This document shows, one piece after another, positions 1 through 8,200 of a DNA stretch of 64,000 nucleotides. The notes beneath the pieces were generated by a model. That model had not been told where the DNA came from. It made no database searches and saw nothing but the letters and a program-made list of their open reading frames with translations. Origin of the DNA: an uncultured bacterium (lineage in GTDB: Bacteria > Verrucomicrobiota > Kiritimatiellia > RFP12 > UBA3636); NCBI GenBank assembly GCA_902761575.1, contig CACWKU010000001.1:22435-86434 (forward strand). Reading direction: 5' to 3'. Position numbers and translations under genes: made by a program. Numbering within the stretch: position 1 is the stretch's first letter; every line of letters starts with the position of its first letter.

Positions 1-2975
1 TAGGAGACGGCGTAGGACGTCGCGTTCGCCCCCTCGTCGTCGGTGCCCATCACGATCCCGGAGAGGGAGATCGTCGCCGTCGTGCCGTTCACCTCGACGG
101 CCGCGGATCCGATCGACGGATCGACGACCGTCGCCCCGCCCGCGCCGAGCTCGCGGACCTGGATGGCGTTGATGCAGGCGTTCCCGGAATACTCGATCGT
201 GAATTCTTCCGAGGCGCCGCTTGCCGTGAAGACGCCGACGAGCGAACTTCCGTATTCCCAGCCCGTTCCGCCGAACTTGACGGTCGTCGTGCCGTCCGGC
301 GCGGTGGCGGACTGCGTCGTATAAGTCTGGTTGAACGCAATGATCTGGACCAGGTACCGCTTTCCGCTCTCAAGGTTGTTCAACTGGATCTTCCGGCCTT
401 TGGGGTTCGCCCACCAGCAGTGTCCCAGCATATTCTTATAGTCGACATCGTCGATGCCGGACGGAGGAGTCGGGGTGGCGGATTGCGCCCCCGTCGTGGC
501 CTCCCATACGACGCAGTCCGCGTTGTTGATGAGGCCACTACTAGCAATGAACGCGACACCGTTGACCGTGTAGTTCCCAGCCGCGTAGGCATACTTAAGC
601 GTGCCGTCGGTTCGTATCGCGGCGCTCGTCGCGCCCAGCGCCTCGCCGGTCCAGCCCTCCTCGGCGGAACCGCCGCCACCGCCGCCCGACGTGCTGATGG
701 CGAACGAGGCGGTCTTGGACGCCGTCTTGCCCTTGTCGGTCGTGATCGTGACTTCGCAGGTGTAGGAACCGTCGGCGAGATCGGCGATCTGGAACGAGGC
801 CGAGGCGGCGGTCTGGTTCGCGAGCACCGCCACCGCGGCCCCGCCGTTCAGCGCGTAGGAGACCGCGTAGGACGTCGCGGCCGCGCCCTCGTCGTCCGTG
901 CCGAGCACGATGTCGGAGAGCGAGATCGTCGCGTTCGAGCTGACGACGCTGGCTGCCGCCGACCCGATCGACGGCGCGACGACCGGCGGCGGCGGCGTGC
1001 CGATCCGGAAGGAGACGGTCTTTTCCGCCGAGGTCTTGTTCTTGTCGGTCGTGATCGAGACCGCGCACGTATACTCGCCGTCGGCGAGGTTCGCGATGTC
1101 GAACGAAGCCGTCGCGGCGGCCTGGCCCGTGAGCGCCTGCACCGCGGCCGCGTCGCCCAGGCGATAGGAGACGGCGTAGGACGTCGCGTTCGTCCCCTCG
1201 TCGTCGGTGCCCATCACGACGCCGGCGAGCGAGATCGTCGCGGTCGAGCCGTTCGTCGAGACGGAGACGGAGCCGATCTTCGGCAGGACGACGACCGGCA
1301 CGCCGCTCTCGCCGAGGTCGCGGACCTGGATGCCGTTGATGCCGTAGTTGCCGTCGGACGTGATGGTGAACGTCTTGGTGGTCTCGGTGGCCGTGAAGGT
1401 TCCCGTCAGCGTGCCGCCGCAGGACCAGCCGTCGCCATAGACCTTGATGAAGTTCGGATCCCAGTACGACTCCTTGATCCAGACATGAGCCTTGCTGTCG
1501 CCGTTGTAGTTGCGGTAGCCGAAGATCTGGACGAGATAGCTGCGTCCGACCGTGAGGTTCTTGAGCGTCACCGCCTTGTCGCCCTGGTTCGCCCACCAGC
1601 AGCGGTCCAGGAGTTCATGGTAGGCACCGGAGACGCTGCTCGGGGCCGACGCGCCCGAGGTCTGGCTGTACGGCCAGGCGATATCGCCCGAGATGTTCGC
1701 GTTGTTGTTCCCGGCGGCCGCGAACGCAACGCCGTTGACCGTGCACGCCGCGGGCGCATACGCATACTCGAGCGTGCCGTCCGTGCGGATGGCGCTGTCG
1801 TCGGTCGGCAGCGGGCTCGCGTACCACGGCTCGGTCATCGTGAAGTCGAGCAGCGTCACGAGCTCCTTGTCGTCGGCCGTCGTGACGGTCACCTTGCAGG
1901 TATGGTCGCCGAGGGCGACGTTCGGGATCGCGAACGAAGCCCGGGTGCCCGTCTGGCCGGAAAGCGCGCGCGTCTTCGCCCCGCCGTCGAGCTCGTAGTC
2001 GATTGCGTAGGACGTGACGGCGTTCGCGTTCGCGTCCGTTCCGAGGTTGACGCCGAAGACCGTGATCGTCGCCGAGCCCGCGCCGTCCGCGTTCGGGGCG
2101 GCCTTGGCGTAGCCGACGGAAGGATCCGCCACGTGCGCCTGGCCGGCGGGAACCGAGAGATACTTGTGCATCGCGTTGGTCAGCGCAGGCTTCCAGAAAT
2201 CCGAATAGGTGAAGAATTCCGGATGGAGGCAGAGTCCCACGGCGTCGTAGCCGCCGTGGCCGCCCTCGCGGTAGCAGACCTTGTCGGGCATCGAATTCTG
2301 CTGGAGGTACTGGCTGCGGAGGTCCACCCAGAACACGCGCTTGTTGTCGACGAACTGGAGGATGTAGTCGTTGACTGCCTCGCTCATGGCCGTCACTTCG
2401 GCCGCTTCGAAGTACCTGCTGTCGAAGCTGTAGGGGAGGATCGGCATCAGGAGGATCTTCGCGTCCGGATGCTTCGTCGCCATCTCGCAGAGCATGAGCC
2501 GGATCGACTCGGCGACATCCTCGGCGCGATCGGCGTGCTCGTTGTGGTCGATGCACTTCTGGTGGCCGTTGTTGATGCCGACCATCAGCGTGAAGTACTT
2601 CGTGGTATAGCCGTCGAGCGCGCCGTTCCGGAGGCGCCACAGGAGGTTCTGGACGCGGTCGCTGCCGATGCCCATGTTGAACGCCGCGGCGTAGTTGAGG
2701 GGATCCCCGTCGAGGGCCAGGCTGGGATTGTTCCAGAAGTCGGTGATGGAGTCGCCAAACAGGACCACGTCGAAGTCCTTGCCCTGGCTGCCGCTGATGT
2801 CGGCGCTGAAGTGGTTCTTGTGGTAGTCGTCCGTGCGCTCCTTCGGCGTGCACGGCTCCGAGCTGGGGTCGGATCCCGGCACCTGGGCGCCGATCACGAT
2901 CGGATCGGCGGACGCGACAGTCCAGGCCATCGCAAGGATCGCCGCCGACAGGAAGTGGAGGAGCTTGAGTTTCAT
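1..2975 (-). CDS. Secreted multidomain SGNH/GDSL-type esterase, partial (3' end lies beyond the window start). Order: signal peptide, SGNH domain, Ig-like repeat, 'QVR' beta-sandwich module, 2 Ig-like repeats, Gly linker, second 'QVR' module, partial Ig-like repeat.
   Basis: The minus-strand frame is open from the ATG (2975-2973) to position 1. It is not in the supplied track because it has no stop in the window. Hand translation gives MKLKLLHFLSAAILAMAWTVASA (signal peptide), VVLFGDSITDFW and GINNG (SGNH blocks), ~95-aa repeats (..ATISLSGIVMGTDDEG..SYAVSY..), and modules ending INGIQVRDLGE and INAIQVRELGAGG. It is a paralog of 10964..12616 and 5249..10795. Confidence 0.85.
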   Translation of the reverse strand, partial: MKLKLLHFLSAAILAMAWTVASADPIVIGAQVPGSDPSSEPCTPKERTDDYHKNHFSADISGSQGKDFDVVLFGDSITDFWNNPSLALDGDPLNYAAAFNMGIGSDRVQNLLWRLRNGALDGYTTKYFTLMVGINNGHQKCIDHNEHADRAEDVAESIRLMLCEMATKHPDAKILLMPILPYSFDSRYFEAAEVTAMSEAVNDYILQFVDNKRVFWVDLRSQYLQQNSMPDKVCYREGGHGGYDAVGLCLHPEFFTYSDFWKPALTNAMHKYLSVPAGQAHVADPSVGYAKAAPNADGAGSATITVFGVNLGTDANANAVTSYAIDYELDGGAKTRALSGQTGTRASFAIPNVALGDHTCKVTVTTADDKELVTLLDFTMTEPWYASPLPTDDSAIRTDGTLEYAYAPAACTVNGVAFAAAGNNNANISGDIAWPYSQTSGASAPSSVSGAYHELLDRCWWANQGDKAVTLKNLTVGRSYLVQIFGYRNYNGDSKAHVWIKESYWDPNFIKVYGDGWSCGGTLTGTFTATETTKTFTITSDGNYGINGIQVRDLGESGVPVVVLPKIGSVSVSTNGSTATISLAGVVMGTDDEGTNATSYAVSYRLGDAAAVQALTGQAAATASFDIANLADGEYTCAVSITTDKNKTSAEKTVSFRIGTPPPPVVAPSIGSAAASVVSSNATISLSDIVLGTDDEGAAATSYAVSYALNGGAAVAVLANQTAASASFQIADLADGSYTCEVTITTDKGKTASKTASFAISTSGGGGGGSAEEGWTGEALGATSAAIRTDGTLKYAYAAGNYTVNGVAFIASSGLINNADCVVWEATTGAQSATPTPPSGIDDVDYKNMLGHCWWANPKGRKIQLNNLESGKRYLVQIIAFNQTYTTQSATAPDGTTTVKFGGTGWEYGSSLVGVFTASGASEEFTIEYSGNACINAIQVRELGAGGATVVDPSIGSAAVEVNGTTATISLSGIVMGTDDEGANATSYAVS

Positions 2976-3066
2976 GGTGAACCTCGTGTTTGGATGAGCT
3001 GTTGTTTTCCTTGCGTAGTGCCGGTCCGGGCTCCGAGATGGCGGAGGTGCCGTTCGACAAGGCGGA

Positions 3067-3122
3067 ATTCTAGGCGTTGCCCCGTTTCGAAGATAGGGAC
3101 ACGGAACGCGGAAACAAGTAAA
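3067..3122 (-). promoter_or_regulatory. Tripartite upstream cassette copy 1 (putative promoter of 1..2975)
   Basis: Sense strand: TTTACT (3122-3117), N18, CCCTAT (3098-3093), N20, TAGAAT (3072-3067). The ATG is 92 nt downstream. Confidence 0.55.
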
Positions 3123-3203
3123 TTTCATTCATTCGCCCGAATCCAACCCGCGGCGCGAAGCGAACGGGTTGCCTCGCGTTCGGCCCGGTCTCCGCGTTCC
3201 CTA

Positions 3204-5243
3204 TCAAACGCGTGCGAGGTCCTTCTCGCGCAGGAGGCGCCAGGCGGCGTCGCGGACGTCCGTGACGTCGTCGCGCAGCCTGCCGCAGCGGCACGGGCGG
3301 AGGCGCACGAGGTGCGTCGCGTGGCCGGGGACGGAGGCCTCGTAGACGCCCATGAAGACGCCCTCGTCCTCCTGCCGCCACACGTCGCGCACGAGCCACT
3401 TGCAGAGCAGCCCGGCCTTCTTGAGGTCGAAGGGCACCATCCGCTCGAAGCCGGACTTGTTGTAGAGGCCGGCGGCGATGGAGCCGTCGGCGAGCGGGCG
3501 CGCCCAGACCTCCCAGCCGTCGCCCTCGGCGATGCAGCCCGCGGCCTTGCCGAGCTCGTCCTGGTCGATCTCGATCACCTCGTCGTTCGTGAGGAGCGAG
3601 CGCGTGAACGGGGAGAGCTTCGTAAGATCGCAACCGATCATGAGCGGCGCCGCGAGGAGCGCCCACATCGAGACGTGCGTGTACTGCTCGTTCGGCGCGA
3701 GGCGCGACTCCTTGCCGTCGTTCCAGCAGACCGCGCCGACGCAGAGCATGTCCGGGTCGTTCCACGCGCCGGGGCCGGCGTAGAGGAAGAGGCGCTTCTG
3801 CTTCTCGATGGCGGCGGAGACCGAGGACCAGGTGTCGAAGACGTCGCCCGTCGTGCGCCAGCTCTGCCCGCCGACGCATCGCCCCCACGCGCTCACGTTC
3901 TCCATGCCGTACTGGCAGAGCGAGAGGACGATGTCCCGCTTCTGGTGGCGCAGCGCGGCGCCCATCACGAGGTAGGGGTACATCGCGCGGAGCACGTCGG
4001 AGCCGAACGCGACGTCGTCGTAGAAGCACCAGTCGTGCTTGAGGTAGTCGAAGCCCCACTCGGCGAACGTCTTCGCGTCGAGCTCCTCGTGCTGCCAGCT
4101 CCCGGCGGCGCGGCCGCAGGTGAACGGACCGGGGCTCGAGTAGATGCCGGCCTTGAGGCCCTTCGCGTGGATGTGGTCCGCGAGCGCCTTCATGTCGGGG
4201 AAGCGCCGGTTCGCGGCGATGCGGCCGTCGGCGTCGCGCAGGGGCCCGTCGAGGTCGGGGTCCTCCTTCGCGCGCTCGGGGATGTTCTGCCAGAAGTCGT
4301 CGACGTTCACGTAGGCGTAGCCGTGGTCCGCGAGGCCCGTCGCGACGAGCGCGTCCGCGGCGGTGCGGACCTTCTCGTCCGAGACGCTTCCGGCGAACGC
4401 GTTCCAGCTGCTCCAGCCCATCGCGGGCGTGAGGCAGATCGTCTCGCCGACCCGGATCGTGAACGGCTTCTCGTCGCTGCCGAGGCGGTTCGTCGCGCGG
4501 ATCGCGAGCGCGTAGTCGCCGGGCTCGTCGATGCGGCCGGAGAGGATCCGCGTGGCGGGGTCGTAGGAGAGGCCCGCGAGCTTCGGACTGTCGAGCCCGA
4601 GGCCGATCACCTCGACGCGGAGCGGCGCGGCGCCGGTCGCGGGCACGCGGAAGAGGATGGGGCGGCCGGGCCGCACGCCGTAGACGCACGGGCCGTTCAC
4701 GCGCGGCTCGGGGCGCTCCGGCGGCGTGAGGATCCCGAGCTGGCGCGACGTGCGCCGGACGTCGTTCGGGAGCACCTTGCCGTCGGCGTAGAGCAGCTTC
4801 GCCCCGCCCCAGACGGCGCCGACGCCCTTCCCCGCCCCGCCGTCCGCCGGCTCGGCGACGAGCGTGAACGTCTGGGCGCCGCTCACGTCCGCGCGCGCCT
4901 TGAGGTCGGCCGTGTCGCCCGCCGCCACGACTCCCGACCAGACTTCGCGGCCGTCGGCGAGGACCTTCAGGGCGACCGTGCCCGGCGCGCCGGCGGCGTC
5001 GATGCCGCAGGACGCCTCGAACGCGGCCGCGTCGCCGCCGACCGGGATCTCCACGGCGAACGGCACGGGCGTGCGCAGCCCGAAGAAGTGCTTCTTCGCG
5101 GGGGTCGAGAAGCGCTTCTCGATCGCCGCGCAGGCGACCTCGCAGACGCCCTCGCCGCGCACGACCCTCGTGACGTCGAACATCTCGGCGGGGACGTAGT
5201 GGACGGCGGCGGGCGCCGTTGTGTGTTTCGTGGAACGTTTCAT
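3204..5243 (-). CDS. GH27-family alpha-galactosidase with an N-terminal NPCBM-like beta-sandwich
   Basis: Track ORF 3204..6602 trimmed to the internal ATG at 5243 (MKRSTKHTT..), 5 nt after the stop of the upstream gene. The rest of the track ORF is R/G-rich nonsense in an alternate frame of 5249..10795. GH27-like motifs: TPAMGWSSWNAF, YVNVDDFWQ, FDYLKHDWCF. No obvious signal peptide. Confidence 0.9.
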   Translation of the reverse strand: MKRSTKHTTAPAAVHYVPAEMFDVTRVVRGEGVCEVACAAIEKRFSTPAKKHFFGLRTPVPFAVEIPVGGDAAAFEASCGIDAAGAPGTVALKVLADGREVWSGVVAAGDTADLKARADVSGAQTFTLVAEPADGGAGKGVGAVWGGAKLLYADGKVLPNDVRRTSRQLGILTPPERPEPRVNGPCVYGVRPGRPILFRVPATGAAPLRVEVIGLGLDSPKLAGLSYDPATRILSGRIDEPGDYALAIRATNRLGSDEKPFTIRVGETICLTPAMGWSSWNAFAGSVSDEKVRTAADALVATGLADHGYAYVNVDDFWQNIPERAKEDPDLDGPLRDADGRIAANRRFPDMKALADHIHAKGLKAGIYSSPGPFTCGRAAGSWQHEELDAKTFAEWGFDYLKHDWCFYDDVAFGSDVLRAMYPYLVMGAALRHQKRDIVLSLCQYGMENVSAWGRCVGGQSWRTTGDVFDTWSSVSAAIEKQKRLFLYAGPGAWNDPDMLCVGAVCWNDGKESRLAPNEQYTHVSMWALLAAPLMIGCDLTKLSPFTRSLLTNDEVIEIDQDELGKAAGCIAEGDGWEVWARPLADGSIAAGLYNKSGFERMVPFDLKKAGLLCKWLVRDVWRQEDEGVFMGVYEASVPGHATHLVRLRPCRCGRLRDDVTDVRDAAWRLLREKDLARV

Positions 5244-5248
5244 GGGAT

Positions 5249-8200
5249 CTAGCGCGTCAGGATCGCCCGGTAGAAATGGTGCTGGTCCGTGGCGGGCTGC
5301 CACGGGCCGGAAAGCGCGTCGGCGCCGAAGACCGTCACGGTCCCGTTGTAGGTCCCGGCGATGGCCGGAACCGTGCCCGGATCGATTCCCGCGAAGCGGA
5401 ACGCGGACTTCGCCTCGTCGAGGCCGGCCACGGCGCAGTTCAGAAGGTAGGCCGCCGAAAGCGCGTTGTCGGGGTTCCCGTCCGCGTCGAAGGACATCGC
5501 GTTCACGTCCGCGCCGCCGAACGGCACGCCGTTCGCGCGCGCCCACTTCGAGAGCCTGCGCAGCTCCGCCGTCGTGGTGCCGGCCTCCGCGAAGGCGCCG
5601 CCCGTGAGGCCGAGGTCCGCCGGCGAGGTGGCGTCCGTGATCGCCGTGTCGGGGTCCTCGGGCCAGTCCTGGAAGCCGCCGCCGCCGGCCTCGCCGAGGT
5701 CTCGGACCTGGAGGGCGGCGACGTAGCGCGCGGCGCCCGATCCGCCCATCTTGAACGTGACCACATGCGACGATGATTCCGCCGTGAACGAACCGTACAC
5801 CGTCGCGCCGGACGAGCCGTTCCCGTTCTGGATGCTGACGGAGGGCAGATCGCCGATCGTGATGTAGGCGTTTCCATACGAGTTGCGGGCCAGGATCTGC
5901 AGGAGATACGCATGGCCGGCCGTCAATCCCGAAAGCGTCAGATGGATCTCGCCCATGCCCGTATCCACGCCGAAGTCCCAGACCGTACCGAGGAGCGAGC
6001 TGCTCCCGGCGCTCACGTCCGCGCCGACGAAGGTCGGAGCAAAGGAAATGCTCGCCCCGGACAGGTTGGCGCCGGCCTGGAACGTCACGCCGCCCAGGGT
6101 CCGGTCCGTCGAGGCCCCGCGATAGGCGTAGAGAAGCGTGCCGTCCGTCCGGAGCATCGTTTCGTCCGACGCGCTCAGCGTCGCGACGGTCCAGCCCTCC
6201 ACGACGGAACCGCCGCCGCCCGACGTGTTGACGGCGAACGAGACGGACTTCGTGGCCGTCTTGCCCTTGTCGGTCGTGACCGTGACTGCGCAGGCGTAGG
6301 AGCCGTCGGCGAGGTTCTCGATGGAGAACGAGGCGGTGTCGTCGGTCTGGTTCGCGAGCGCCGCGACGGCGGTCCCGCCGTTCAGCGCGTAGGAGACGGA
6401 GTAGGACGACGCGGCCGCGCCCGCGTCGTCCGTTCCGAGCACGATGCCGGAGAGCGTGACCGTCGCGTTCGAGCCTGCAACATTGGCGGTCGCCGCGGCG
6501 ATCGACGGCGCGATGACCGGCGGCGGAGGCGTGCCGATCCGGAAGGAGACCGACTTCGCCGCCGAGGTCTTGCCCTTGTCGGTCGCGATCGTGACGACGC
6601 AAGTGTAGTCGCCGTCGGCGAGGTTCTCGATGGCGAACGACGCCGTCGCGCCGGTCTGGTTCTGCAGCGCCGTGACGGCGGTCCCGCCGTTCAGCGCGTA
6701 GGAGACGGAATAGGAAGTGGCGTCAGTCCCGGCATCGTCCGTCCCCATCACGATGCCGGAGAGAAAAAGCGACGCGGTGCTCCCGTCCGGAGTCGCGGTC
6801 ACGCTGCCGATCGACGGCTCGACGACCGTCGCCCCGCCGCCGCCGCCACCCCCGCCGCCGCCGTCGAGCTCGCGGACCTGGACGGCGTTGAACGGCATCT
6901 TGCCGCTACCGCCCTGATAGGTGATCGTCACGTCCTTCGTCGCGCCGACGGCCGTGAAGACGCCCGTGACGAGCGCGCCGTACTTCCCGCTCGCCTCGTT
7001 GTCGCCGTGGATGTGCACGGGGTCGCACCCGTTCGCGGAGACGGTCGTCGTGTTGTTCCAGTAGTTGTGCGCCAGGAACTGGACGAGGTAGATCTTCCCG
7101 CCTTCGAGATTCGAGAGCGTCAGCGTGACCGTGTGCGTGCCTGATCCGTCGCTGTCCCAGTACCAGCCGTTGCCGAGGGAGAGGCCGAGGTTGCCGCCGA
7201 CGCTTTCGTTCATGAAGTCGCCGGTGAAGCCGTCGATGTTGGGTGTGAAGGAGATCTTCGGAGGATTCTCCGAGGACTGGAGGTTCACGGACCGCTCGAA
7301 CGGGATTCCGTTGATGGTCCCGCCGTTGCAGACATAGCCGTAGACGAACGTGCCCTCCGTGCTGAATGCGGTGCCGCCCGCGTCCATGTATCCGGAGGTC
7401 CAGACATCGGAGACGGCGCTCGTGTTGACGTAGAAGACGACGGACTTCGTCTTCGCTCGCCCCTTGTCCGTCGTCATCGTGACCTCGCACGTGTGGTTGC
7501 CGTCCGCGAGGCCCTCGAGCGTGAACGAGCAGTCTTCCGACGTCTGGTCGGAGAGCGCCGTCACGGCCGCCGCGCCGTCGAGCTTGTAGGCGACGGAATA
7601 CTTCGTCGCGGGAACGGAGTTGGCGTCCGTGCCGAGGACGACGCCCGTGAGCGAGATCGTCGCGTTCGAACCGCTCGGCGCCGCGGCGAGCTCCGCGATG
7701 CGGGGATACTTCGGCCGGTTGTTCGTCGCGCGGTTCTGCGCGAACATCCAGACGAATCGGTGGTTCGGCGCGCCCGCCGTGACGTCGTCCTCCGTGGCGT
7801 AGCACGTCGTCCAGGCGTCGTGGCTGTTGTTCTCGAGCTTCTCGAAGATCACGTCCGATCCGAGCGCCCGGAGCGCCGTGACGATGCCCTCGGTCTGCTC
7901 GACGGGAATGGTCGGGTCTCCGCGGTTGTGCACGGCCAGGACCGGGACGTGCGCGATGTCGGCCGCGCAGGCGGGATCGCCGCCGCCGCAGCACGGCATC
8001 GCCGCGGCGAAGAAGTCGGGCCGGCGGCAGATCGCGTCCCAGGTCCCGTGCCCGCCCATCGAGAGGCCGGTGACGTAGATGCGGTCGGCGTCGACGTCCG
8101 CCATCGCGGCGTAGGCGTCGAGAAGGTCGAACACCGCCTGGAGCGCCGCGGACGGCTTGTCCTGGAACGTGCAGGTGGTCGAGTTCATGGAGAACTCCGC

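Noticed and set aside
420-5252. A 1610-aa plus-strand ORF, together with similar very long plus-strand ORFs at 7493..10918, 12834..16406, 17191..20187, 23648..27247, 27297..30074, 33328..35745, 36550..41259, 42376..47502, 50287..53160, 56764..60714 and 59928..62366
   Set aside because: These are antisense shadow ORFs of a high-GC genome. Their translations are monotonous R/G/D/E/V/A-rich strings without motifs, signal peptides or sensible starts. Each lies opposite minus-strand genes that carry clear family motifs.
5244-6602. N-terminal extensions of track ORFs (3204..6602, 5249..10888, 16226..19435, 17155..20343, 21948..27086, 23786..27076, 35738..40231, 46567..47955, 48229..48822, 50410..53115, 53232..55364, 56405..57556, 57574..61119)
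   Set aside because: The extensions run through the upstream gene in another frame or through intergenic DNA and translate to low-complexity sequence. Internal ATGs give signal peptides or canonical N-termini, and they sit 4-40 nt from the upstream stop or behind a promoter-like cassette.
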